A stretch of DNA of 64,000 bases. Source: an uncultured Nitrospiraceae bacterium (GTDB taxonomy: Bacteria > Nitrospirota > Nitrospiria > Nitrospirales > UBA2166). The notes under the pieces are model-generated. The model searched no databases. It saw only the letters and a program-made list of their open reading frames with translations, and was not told where the DNA came from. Where the stretch lies: contig CAYXED010000009.1 of the NCBI GenBank assembly GCA_964463965.1, positions 479 to 64,478 of the forward strand, written 5' to 3'. Position numbers and translations under genes: made by a program. Below are positions 8,444 to 17,511 of this stretch, one piece after another (within the stretch, counting starts at the first letter, position 1; each line of letters starts with the position of its first letter).

Positions 8444-10102
8444 TTATTGTGGAGAGCCATCTTCACGCAACGTTTGATCAGGTGGAGGATCTGCGATGAT
8501 TCCTTTTGCGAGGGCATCAGCGTTCAGGGTATCGAGAGGAGGACCGTCCGTCTGAAGCAATGTTTGAGGGTCCTTTGCGGTGGGTGCCATTCGCATAATC
8601 GTATATTCGAGTTGATGATGTGCCTCCTCTAAGACAGGTTCACAGTTTTCTTTTTCGGTGTAATATCGGCTTTCGACGATGGTAATGCGGTATCTGTGTT
8701 GCCCCCATGAGATCACCGTACTTTCCCCAGGAGTCAAGTGCCAACTCTTTGGTGTAAACGGTTGATTTTTTGTCTTCGTGCGTTGTTGCTGGAGGACGTT
8801 TGGGTCTGTTGGAAGGCCGATACTAGAGTCTCGAGGGATGATGCTCACTCGTGGTCGATACAATGTCCAACAGGCGCCATGCTGCACGGCTTCATCTCGG
8901 TCGTGGAGTCGTTGACTGATTTCAAAAGGCGGAGAGTGTTTTGGTGTCAGGGTGGGATGCCCGAGGCGTTTCTCCATAATTAACCATGGGCCGTTCGCAT
9001 CTGCGAGTGAGACGCCGAGTCCGATGCCCACAGGCGCATGCGTGTGGTGTACTTCACCCGTGACTATTGACGGATGGTCGAGGATGTCCAGATGTAGTCC
9101 AGGAGTCCAATCCAAGTCTAGGGTAATTGAGTGGGCACTGTGTTCTTCCTGCAAGTGTATGAGGCTGTCTACGACTTTTGCCTCACCTTGAATGCGTACT
9201 GACTCGTTGCGCAATGGGCGTGTGTCTCGTTGAATGGTCCAGTGCAATCGCGATAGCTCGGTCCCTTGGCTTGTCAAGAAACTTTTCTTACGTTCTTGTG
9301 CATTAGGTTTTCGCAACAATTGGTTATTGTGATCGTATTGTGATGGGACTTTTCGGCTTTTAGCTTGTTTTCGTTGCCGTTGGAGCTCGCTGCCCTGATA
9401 GGTGCCGGCGAGTTTAGCTTTCAAGCGTTCAATCGCTTCAAAGTCTCCTTTGGCTTCTGCCTGTTTCAGCTTCTCTTTCCAGTGCGTGATTTGTGCTTTT
9501 GTTGGCATGGATGTTGAGGTATGGATGACACCTGGAGACGGTTGTGCAACGAAGTTCCGTCGTTTTTCTTCAACGATGGCCGCTGTTAAATGTTCTCCTC
9601 CAGGGACTGTTGCGTTCACCACGGCACGCGCTTCGGGGTCAAACTGCAGTTTTTGCTGTATGTCATGGGGATGCGTGTCTGTTATGGCTTCTCCTTCTTG
9701 TCCGCCGAACTGTATGGCTTCTCCTTCTTGCCCCCCGAGGGGTTGTTGGTGTTGAGGGGTACGGTCTGGTGTTACGCGAAAAGGTTTTCGTCCGACAGGG
9801 GCACCTTCCTTGACAGGGTCAGGAAGCATGTTTGAGGGCGGGACAGTTGAGGGCGCAGTAGGGTTTAGCTCACGCTCTAGGTTATCCAATGCCTTTGAGG
9901 CTCGTTCACGTACGGTATCCCGTTCATCAACCACGCGTTGAATATGACCAGTTGGGATGGTGCTAATTATGGTCGATGAATGTGATGGATGGGATTGGAT
10001 ATTGCTTTGAGCGAACATGTCGCCATTCATCGTAAGCAAGATCAGGAGCATGCACGCGCTGATCAAGTATAAGGTTTTTAACCCTTGCTGTTTGTGCAGC
10101 AT
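8444..10102 (-). CDS. Secreted hypothetical protein carrying modules shared with the carboxypeptidase and the 1007-aa protease
   Basis: GGAGG RBS and signal peptide ending in MFA. Contains VRERASKALDNLEREL...PVKEGAPVGRKPF and KLKQAEAKGDFEAIERLKAKLAGTYQGS, plus a short GGQEGEAI duplication. Confidence 0.75.
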   Translation of the reverse strand: MLHKQQGLKTLYLISACMLLILLTMNGDMFAQSNIQSHPSHSSTIISTIPTGHIQRVVDERDTVRERASKALDNLERELNPTAPSTVPPSNMLPDPVKEGAPVGRKPFRVTPDRTPQHQQPLGGQEGEAIQFGGQEGEAITDTHPHDIQQKLQFDPEARAVVNATVPGGEHLTAAIVEEKRRNFVAQPSPGVIHTSTSMPTKAQITHWKEKLKQAEAKGDFEAIERLKAKLAGTYQGSELQRQRKQAKSRKVPSQYDHNNQLLRKPNAQERKKSFLTSQGTELSRLHWTIQRDTRPLRNESVRIQGEAKVVDSLIHLQEEHSAHSITLDLDWTPGLHLDILDHPSIVTGEVHHTHAPVGIGLGVSLADANGPWLIMEKRLGHPTLTPKHSPPFEISQRLHDRDEAVQHGACWTLYRPRVSIIPRDSSIGLPTDPNVLQQQRTKTKNQPFTPKSWHLTPGESTVISWGQHRYRITIVESRYYTEKENCEPVLEEAHHQLEYTIMRMAPTAKDPQTLLQTDGPPLDTLNADALAKGIIADPPPDQTLREDGSPQ

Positions 10103-10243
10103 GTGGAACCTCCTTGTGAGTGCTCAGAGTGTCCATAAAAGAAAAATTTCTTTTGTTTTAAAGGCTATATTGAATTGCGATTCTCTTCGGGCTATTGTGT
10201 GATGTCAAGTCTAAAAAATGTATGCGATCTTGGAGGTGTTCTT

Positions 10244-10756
10244 ATGCGTACAGATATGTACTTGTTGCTGAGGAATGGATGTGGCGTATTACTGTTGATT
10301 TTGGGAGCCTTCTCTTCGGGAGTCTGTTTTGCAGCTGGGAATCACAGTGATGATGGTGTATGGTTAATGACTCCTGATGAAGCGGCTATGTCGGCACCCG
10401 ATGGGTACCCTGGTGTGCGTGGAGGCGCACCGTTTGATATTGGACGTGAAGTTCCCAATACCGGTCCGTCTATTGAAGTTATTACGCCACTTGATGGGGG
10501 ACAGTCGCAGGTTCCTTTTGAAATTGTGGTGAACTTTTCTCCACGGCATGCACCTGTTGATGTTTCGACTGTGCGGGTGCATGTTGTAAAGTTTGTGGCA
10601 ATTAATATTACGAAACGTGTAAAGCCGTTTATCTCTGAACAAGGCATTCATATTCCTGATGCGAAAGTGCCGCCTGGAAAGTATATCGTGCGTGTGCGCG
10701 TTGAAGATGCGGATGGGGGCCGGAGTGTACGTAACATTAGTTTAGAGGTGATGTAA
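10244..10756 (+). CDS. Secreted hypothetical protein, single Ig-like domain
   Basis: GGAGG RBS before ATG 10244, signal peptide ending in CFA, beta-rich body. First gene of the divergent + strand unit. Confidence 0.65.
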   Translation: MRTDMYLLLRNGCGVLLLILGAFSSGVCFAAGNHSDDGVWLMTPDEAAMSAPDGYPGVRGGAPFDIGREVPNTGPSIEVITPLDGGQSQVPFEIVVNFSPRHAPVDVSTVRVHVVKFVAINITKRVKPFISEQGIHIPDAKVPPGKYIVRVRVEDADGGRSVRNISLEVM

Positions 10757-10812
10757 TGTTGAAAGGACGTGTGTTGAACAATAGAAGTAATGAAGATGAA
10801 AAGGAGGATGTT

Positions 10813-11433
10813 ATGGGGCACGTGATGCTACAACATTGTATCTACCGTGTGGTGGTTGGAATGATCATTATGGGATTAACGGGACTTGGTTGTTCGAGTG
10901 GCCCGTCAGTGCCTCCGAGTGAGCTTCCGCTTCAGGAGGTCGATGGACCAGAATGGTTGACGCAAAAAGGCGCGGCGTTTAGTGGAGACAAAGCCATATT
11001 TTACGGTGTCGGGCTTGCCGCAAATGTGATGAGTAGTACGTCAAAACGTCGGGCTGCGGAAGCGCAAGCGCGTCGGGATATTGCTCAAACATTTAATACG
11101 TATATTGGTGCACTTAATAAGCAGTATCTTGCAGATACCACTGCAGGATCCATGGAGGCTCATAGTGTCGAACAGCATATTGAAGATGTGATGAAAGACG
11201 TGGCAGAGGCGACGTTGGTTGGGGTTACCATCGAACAATATTGGGAACACCCACATAAGAATGAGGTGTATGCCCTCGCGCGACTCGACTTGCAACGTTT
11301 TTTGGATGTGATAGAGGCACTGCAATCTTCACAAGAAGCTTTTAAAGAACTTGATGCCAAGATGCGAGACTTTGTCCGTAAGAATGCGAAACAAGCGCAT
11401 AAGAATTTGAATGCAGAGTTGGAGAAGCGATAG
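10813..11433 (+). CDS. LPP20-family lipoprotein
   Basis: AAGGAGG RBS before ATG 10813; lipobox GLGC; PEWL, FYGVG, AEAQARRDIA and VYALARLD. Close paralogue of 22948-23568. Confidence 0.8.
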   Translation: MGHVMLQHCIYRVVVGMIIMGLTGLGCSSGPSVPPSELPLQEVDGPEWLTQKGAAFSGDKAIFYGVGLAANVMSSTSKRRAAEAQARRDIAQTFNTYIGALNKQYLADTTAGSMEAHSVEQHIEDVMKDVAEATLVGVTIEQYWEHPHKNEVYALARLDLQRFLDVIEALQSSQEAFKELDAKMRDFVRKNAKQAHKNLNAELEKR

Positions 11434-14400
11434 AATTACCGTTGTGTGTTTTGATGATGAGCAAAGCATGAAAGAAAGAATAGTGATGATGCGAATGATA
11501 TGGAGTGTGCTGTGCGTGCTGCTCGTCGGAGGCATGATGGCTCCGACGCTTCTTATGGCTGATTCGCTAACGCCGCGACAGTTATATGCGTATGCAGCAC
11601 CTGGGACAGTGTTTATTTTGAGTACATCTCATGTGCCTGGTGATGGGGAGATGGGTACGGGGATTGTGGTTGATCCGAGTGGCCTGGTGTTGACCAATGC
11701 ACACGTGGTGATGGACGAACGCAGTGGACATCCGTATGCAATGGTAGAAGTGATGCTGAAGCCCGCGCATCTGTCAGGGGTGCCGGCGCAAGATTTGACA
11801 CAGCGCTTTTCGGCCACAATCGAACATGTTGACTCCACCTTGGATCTTGCGGTGTTACAAGTCCAATCAGGAGTGTCGTTTCCGGTTGTGTTGGCACTCG
11901 GTAATTCCGATCAGGCAGGGATTGGGGAAGCGGTGGTCGCCATTGGGCATCCTGAAAAAGGGGGCTTGTGGACGTTAACGACGGGTGTGATTAGTTCGAC
12001 CTTTGATGCCTATGGGGGGGTTGAAGGAAAGCATGTCTTTCAGACGGAAACGAGTCTGAATCGTGGAAACTCTGGAGGACCATTGTTGAATCCTTCCGGC
12101 CATGTTGTGGGAATCAATACCGCAGTGGCACGGGTAGCGGATGATGGGATGCCGATTACCGACATTAGTTTTGCTATAAAATCAAATGTTGCACGGCATT
12201 GGTTAGCTTCGAATCAGATTGTGCTTCCAGAAGCACCACAGATTGATGCAGGTACCATCGTAGTCGGACGGAGGTTGGCGGGAGGTATGGCCCCGGCGTT
12301 GCCGGTGGCGCGTCCGTTTGCCATCAGTACGTTGATGCGAACATTACAGCCGTCACTTGACCCCGAGGCTCCCGCATGGGTGACACATCAGGCGGTGTCC
12401 AGTGGAGGACTTCTTTCTGCCGTAGGCAAGGGTCTTGCGACAGTGGGGACGGGTTTGGCGATTACAGAGAAAGCTATTGTGTCGGCTGATGAGGCGGCTA
12501 CGGGGAATTTATGGGGGTTGCTCTGGAGGACTGTAGGCACGCTCTTGTTTCCAGAATACACCCGTGATGGACGAGCGAGTATTTGGGCGACAGGCCCTGT
12601 CAGCAGTCTTCGGACGACCATGGGAACCTCAGGGTTGGTGGGACGGAAGGTGACTGATGCTTCTCAAGTTAGTTTGGAGCAGGCTCAAGCACAGGTGCAG
12701 TCCATTGTTGATGAGGTAATGGTTCAGGTAAAAATTAATGCCGAGTGGGTGTCGACGGATGGGAAGACCGCCTATTCTCGGGCGCAAGTTGCGATGGCCG
12801 ATGTGCGTGCCGTGATCCAGCGTCACCAGCCGGAACGGATTTGGACTTCTGGAACGGCGAGTGTGGGTGAACCGATGTTGACAGCTGATCAAACTGGCGA
12901 AGTGCGAGAGCGGGCCTCTGATGCCTTTGGCGATCTTGAGCGTGAGCTTGATCCTAACGCGTCAAGCACGCCGCCGATTCCAGGACCGCCTGGGCTCTTA
13001 CCTGAAGCGGTGGGTGAAGGGGAGTCCGTTGGCCGCAAGCCATTTAAATTACCAAAACAGCGGGCGACTACACCTACCCAAGCGCAAATCAAGCGTTGGC
13101 AAAAAAAATTGAAAGAAGCGGAAGCGAAGGGGGATCTGGAAGCGATTGAACGGTTGAAAGAGAAATTGGCAGGAACGTATCAAGGCAGCGTCCTCCAACA
13201 ACAACGTAAGAAGGTAAAAAAGCGACCGTTTACACCGAACACTCGTGTTCCGATGCTACCCAAGGGAGCATTCAAAAAACCGCCGCAATTTCCCCACTTA
13301 CGGTCTGTGATGCCGATGTCGTCTGATCCGACGCAGTGCATCAATAGTAAGATGGCGTCGTTTAGTCTTGATGCATGTTTTGCGGCCTGTAGTGCAAAAT
13401 ATGCGCAACTTGGGTCGACATCAACCGCAAATTGTAAGGTGGTTTGTAGTGAGGCACATAAAAAACGTGAAGAGCTCACACGAAAGCAGTGTCGCAATGA
13501 CAATGATGGGGATGGAATCTCAAATCAGATTGACCAATGTCCAAATACAAAAATTGGGATGCGTGTCAATTGGGTGGGATGTGCTGATAGCGACGGTGAC
13601 TCAATTGCTGATAATCAGGATAAGTGTCCACGGACTCCACGGGGTACTCCCGTGAATTTGCATGGATGTGATCTGAGGACACAGTGTGAAGAAGGGAATA
13701 ACTGTGGCGACCCTGAGCCACGATGTTCAACACCTCACGAATGTGCACGATTACTTGAAATACCGCTTCCTCCTGATGAGACGCCAGCGTCGATTCGTAA
13801 AGTTCTTGCAAAAAAGTTTCTGAGCAGACGTGCGCATGATATTAATTGTCCCAACGATCATGAGCCACCTCCACAACCGCAACTATTCACTCCAGAAGCG
13901 CATGTAGTTTCACAGGAGGTAGGTGCGGTAACCGTGACTCTGGATAATGGTGTCGTGGTAAATGGTCCAACGGTGCCGCTTGCGTTGGAATGGGAAGCTG
14001 TTGAAGATTCTTGTGCTCCGGTGACATACAGTGTGTATATCGAATCATACCATTGTCATACTTTAGGCGATTTAATTGAGCCGCATAGTTATCACAATCG
14101 AGGATGGTGTCAGTGGATGCCGTATTCATATGAGTCAATTCCTCAGGATCAAAACCCTCAGACACAGTTGAATGTTGAGTTGCCCCTTGGAAAGATTTTC
14201 TACGAGTCGCATGTGCCGTTCATTCCGGAGCTGGGATGGGATGAAAACTTTACTGGTGATTTCAGTATCAATTATCAACCCGCATGGTTTCGAGTCCAGA
14301 TATTGGCGCATGATGGGAATGGTCTGACAAGCGCTTCGTTGGGCCCACATACTGATGCGCATTATTTTGTGTTCTACGGCAATCCATTGTTTATTTCTCC

Positions 14401-14434
14401 AAACAAATTAACTGAAATTCCGGTGGCACCATGA
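11411..14434 (+). CDS. Multidomain secreted trypsin-like (S1) serine protease: S1 + LPP20-like + shared helical module + Cys-rich + thrombospondin type-3-like repeats + beta domain
   Basis: TNAHVV, DLAVL and GNSGGPL triad motifs; DNDGDGISNQIDQCP and DSDGDSIADNQDKCP. The true start is probably a Met near 11468-11495. Confidence 0.85.
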   Translation: MQSWRSDRITVVCFDDEQSMKERIVMMRMIWSVLCVLLVGGMMAPTLLMADSLTPRQLYAYAAPGTVFILSTSHVPGDGEMGTGIVVDPSGLVLTNAHVVMDERSGHPYAMVEVMLKPAHLSGVPAQDLTQRFSATIEHVDSTLDLAVLQVQSGVSFPVVLALGNSDQAGIGEAVVAIGHPEKGGLWTLTTGVISSTFDAYGGVEGKHVFQTETSLNRGNSGGPLLNPSGHVVGINTAVARVADDGMPITDISFAIKSNVARHWLASNQIVLPEAPQIDAGTIVVGRRLAGGMAPALPVARPFAISTLMRTLQPSLDPEAPAWVTHQAVSSGGLLSAVGKGLATVGTGLAITEKAIVSADEAATGNLWGLLWRTVGTLLFPEYTRDGRASIWATGPVSSLRTTMGTSGLVGRKVTDASQVSLEQAQAQVQSIVDEVMVQVKINAEWVSTDGKTAYSRAQVAMADVRAVIQRHQPERIWTSGTASVGEPMLTADQTGEVRERASDAFGDLERELDPNASSTPPIPGPPGLLPEAVGEGESVGRKPFKLPKQRATTPTQAQIKRWQKKLKEAEAKGDLEAIERLKEKLAGTYQGSVLQQQRKKVKKRPFTPNTRVPMLPKGAFKKPPQFPHLRSVMPMSSDPTQCINSKMASFSLDACFAACSAKYAQLGSTSTANCKVVCSEAHKKREELTRKQCRNDNDGDGISNQIDQCPNTKIGMRVNWVGCADSDGDSIADNQDKCPRTPRGTPVNLHGCDLRTQCEEGNNCGDPEPRCSTPHECARLLEIPLPPDETPASIRKVLAKKFLSRRAHDINCPNDHEPPPQPQLFTPEAHVVSQEVGAVTVTLDNGVVVNGPTVPLALEWEAVEDSCAPVTYSVYIESYHCHTLGDLIEPHSYHNRGWCQWMPYSYESIPQDQNPQTQLNVELPLGKIFYESHVPFIPELGWDENFTGDFSINYQPAWFRVQILAHDGNGLTSASLGPHTDAHYFVFYGNPLFISPNKLTEIPVAP

Positions 14435-17400
14435 GGTGGAGTGTAATGAGACTGTTTGATGTGCGTAACTTCTCTTGTTTTCACGAGAAGTGTGAGGATA
14501 GAGAACAATCGGATGGGTATGCTGAAACAAAGGTGTGGCAGGAGGGCTTAATCACAAGAAGTTCTTTGATGGGTCGTATGTTCTGTGCGCGATGGATGGG
14601 CGGCGTAGGGATCGTATTGGGGCTCCTCTTAAGTAGTGCTGGACCACTTAGTGCTTATAACACTGATACTCATCAACACATTGCCGAATTGGGGTATGCC
14701 TACCTTAAGGCAGTTGATTTGTGTGAACCAATTCCTCTTGGAGGTGGAGATGCGCTGGCGACATGCAGCAATCAGTGTACAAAAGTTGTTTTGGATAATG
14801 TGCGTAATATGCGTGAGGAAGGGTATACCTGCTCATGTGCAGAAGCAGCGTGTGAAACGAGTTGTGGGGGGCTGACAGGGATCGATAAATTTTCCTGTGT
14901 AGAACAGTGTGTGGCGACTGGGGTAGGACAACAGTGTGCGAGTGATAATTCATGCGAGTCTCCGTACTTTTGGGTCCCTAATCAGAGTGAAGTGATTACA
15001 TCTTTAGTCTGTACAGAGGAATGTTTTGAGGAGACTAACCTCACATTTGCTGATGAATGTACGGCGTTTTCAAGTGTCCTCGCCTCAGAAAAAGTAACCG
15101 CGCAAAAAGCACGAGATACGGTGGCGTTCTACCAAGAGTTTGAAACAAGTGCGTGTCCTCCAACGACCTATGACTATCATAACCGTGATGCGTGTAATTC
15201 GAATAACCTGAATACGGTCAGAAAACCACTTGCAGAATGGAAACTTGCGGTGTTTGGGGCTAAAACGATTGATGGCACCCCGGATCCTCCAAATGTGGAT
15301 GTGGCAGATGATCCAGAACTTTTTCCCGAACACACTCCCGTTCTAAGTGCGGGGGTGCTGAGTGCAACTAACACGGTTGAAAATGGGGATGAAGAAAAGA
15401 CAGACTTCACTGGAACCATCATCGGGTTCCATGCCAACGCGGTTGATCATCTGATGGACATGTATACCACGCATAAGATTTTGCCAGTTGTTGAAGATAG
15501 TTTGAAGTTGGCATCACAAATAGGCGTGGGTGCAGGGGGCGGTGCCTTGGCTGCAGTGGTTGCCGTTGGAGGTGTTGTGGCGTGTGCTGTGGGCTGTGTT
15601 TTTACCCTAGGTTTTGGAGATTTCTGTGAAGATTGTTTTGACGCTGTTTATAATGCAACGAAAAATATTCTTGAGGGCACCAAAGAATTCATCGATGACA
15701 TCGAAGAGACGCATTGGTTTGCCGCAGGTACTGGCCCAACAACCGCTGGGCATGAAAATACCAGTATGTCACATTTTATGAATACTGAAGGTTCTGCAAA
15801 AACGCTTATGACTATACCGGGGCCGTCGTTTGGAAAGTGGGATGATACAGATGGATGGCGTCCCGCAGAAGCTTTTGGCCCTGGGGGAGCATTTGTTCAG
15901 GGTCTTTTAGAGGCTGGCATTGATTTGCTGTGGGAGATCCGTATCGATTATCCGATGTCTCAGCGTGCAATTGACAATTATCACGTGGAGGCACCTGATG
16001 ATCTGATGAAAAAAAGTGACACGCGTGGTGTGCACTATTGGCATAGTTTTGGTATGCCCAACTATACTTTTCTCCCAGTCGATAATCTTGCCAATTACTG
16101 GTGGCACAAGTGGCTTCAGGGACGTGTGACGGAGGAGATGGACAGTGATGGACAGTCCAGTTCTGTCACAGAGCAAACTTATGGTCTTTTGCCATTGGGT
16201 GGGGTATTGCATGGAGTTCAAGATATTACTCAGCCATATCATACGTGGGGTATTACCGCACAGGGGCATGCGCCCTATGAGGACCGATTGTCCAATTTTC
16301 TCGATCCTACGCTTCATCGGAATAAGAACGGGGATGGTCCAGCAGTCCCGCTGTTAATTAACCTTAATGATCCAGCGCAGGAGCAGATTTTTCTGCAGCG
16401 AGTTGGAGAGTTTATCGAGCAAATTTATACGGAAGTAATTGATCCCGCAGGAGGGGTCTTACACATGCGACGTTTAGCGCATTTTTTGTATTCCCAGGTT
16501 ACCAATGCGGAGACCGAGATCAAGCTGAGTACTGATCTTCCCGGGCTGTCGTGGTTTGACTACGATATCGAAGATCAGTTTGTTAGAGAAACAGGTGTGC
16601 CTCTTGCGGTTGCGGCGACAGTAGTTGTCTTGCTGGAAGGTGCGAGTCAGGGTGAGGCATTAGATGCGTACGAGAATCAGCTTAATTTGGATATGCAGAG
16701 TTTTCAGAACAAGGGGCCGGTGCCACCTCTAACATCAGCACTGCCTGAGGCCTCCTCGGATATGCCATTTGAGCAGGCAGGTTTATCTGCAACAGATATC
16801 CCCATTATCACCGCTCATGGGAGTTTTAGTGTTCCCGAAATTGTCTTGGCAGCAGGAGGAAATCCTTCAGGCAATTATAGTGACATTCCGGCAGGCTATA
16901 TCGACGCGCATCCTTCGTGGGTATGTGCAGGAGACCAGTTGCGAGCGCGCAAGGCTGTTCAACAGTATTACACCAATCAGATCAAGGGCCGTGATTTAGT
17001 CAGTATTGTCCTTGCTGAGAAAATGCGGTGTGACTTTTTAGCATTAGGGATGCCTGTGCCACCAGATGCCACCCTTGATAGCGTTGCACAATACGAAGCT
17101 GAACAACTACAAGCAACAACCGGATGGTTCGGGCATGGATCAAGTAATAAAGTGGAGAAAGATTTGGCGTGTAAGAGTGCCAAGAAAGAGGATTTATTTT
17201 CTCCAGCTGCGATCGCAAACTTTAAAGCGCGTTGTAATAACACTTTAGATTCTGATGGCGATGGGGTCTTCGATGATCAGGATCAGTGTTGGACACCAGT
17301 CTCTGAAAATGGGATGTTGCATGATACAGCAATGGCTGTAGTGGTACAGCCCAACGGGTGTATGTTCAATCACGAGTTAGCTCCGCCTACCCCTCCGATA

Positions 17401-17439
17401 AATCCCTTTATCCCTGGAACCATCCGAGTGGCACCATGA
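14431..17439 (+). CDS. Large secreted Cys-rich protein with zinc-dependent phospholipase C/P1-nuclease-like motifs
   Basis: Mature N-terminus YNTDTHQH after the signal peptide; MSHF; LGGVLHGVQDITQPYH; GHAPYE; C-terminal DSDGDGVFDDQDQC. The start may be near 14569. Confidence 0.65.
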   Translation: MRWSVMRLFDVRNFSCFHEKCEDREQSDGYAETKVWQEGLITRSSLMGRMFCARWMGGVGIVLGLLLSSAGPLSAYNTDTHQHIAELGYAYLKAVDLCEPIPLGGGDALATCSNQCTKVVLDNVRNMREEGYTCSCAEAACETSCGGLTGIDKFSCVEQCVATGVGQQCASDNSCESPYFWVPNQSEVITSLVCTEECFEETNLTFADECTAFSSVLASEKVTAQKARDTVAFYQEFETSACPPTTYDYHNRDACNSNNLNTVRKPLAEWKLAVFGAKTIDGTPDPPNVDVADDPELFPEHTPVLSAGVLSATNTVENGDEEKTDFTGTIIGFHANAVDHLMDMYTTHKILPVVEDSLKLASQIGVGAGGGALAAVVAVGGVVACAVGCVFTLGFGDFCEDCFDAVYNATKNILEGTKEFIDDIEETHWFAAGTGPTTAGHENTSMSHFMNTEGSAKTLMTIPGPSFGKWDDTDGWRPAEAFGPGGAFVQGLLEAGIDLLWEIRIDYPMSQRAIDNYHVEAPDDLMKKSDTRGVHYWHSFGMPNYTFLPVDNLANYWWHKWLQGRVTEEMDSDGQSSSVTEQTYGLLPLGGVLHGVQDITQPYHTWGITAQGHAPYEDRLSNFLDPTLHRNKNGDGPAVPLLINLNDPAQEQIFLQRVGEFIEQIYTEVIDPAGGVLHMRRLAHFLYSQVTNAETEIKLSTDLPGLSWFDYDIEDQFVRETGVPLAVAATVVVLLEGASQGEALDAYENQLNLDMQSFQNKGPVPPLTSALPEASSDMPFEQAGLSATDIPIITAHGSFSVPEIVLAAGGNPSGNYSDIPAGYIDAHPSWVCAGDQLRARKAVQQYYTNQIKGRDLVSIVLAEKMRCDFLALGMPVPPDATLDSVAQYEAEQLQATTGWFGHGSSNKVEKDLACKSAKKEDLFSPAAIANFKARCNNTLDSDGDGVFDDQDQCWTPVSENGMLHDTAMAVVVQPNGCMFNHELAPPTPPINPFIPGTIRVAP

Positions 17440-17511
17440 GGTTAGGTGCTAAATTATATAGAGCCTAGTGTGGTGATATAGGGGTCGTTACTCAAAGAGT
17501 GCCGGCCCCTG

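Noticed and set aside
8407-8517. N-terminal extension of the 1137-aa ORF
   Set aside because: It overlaps the upstream gene; the RBS and signal peptide support ATG 8406.
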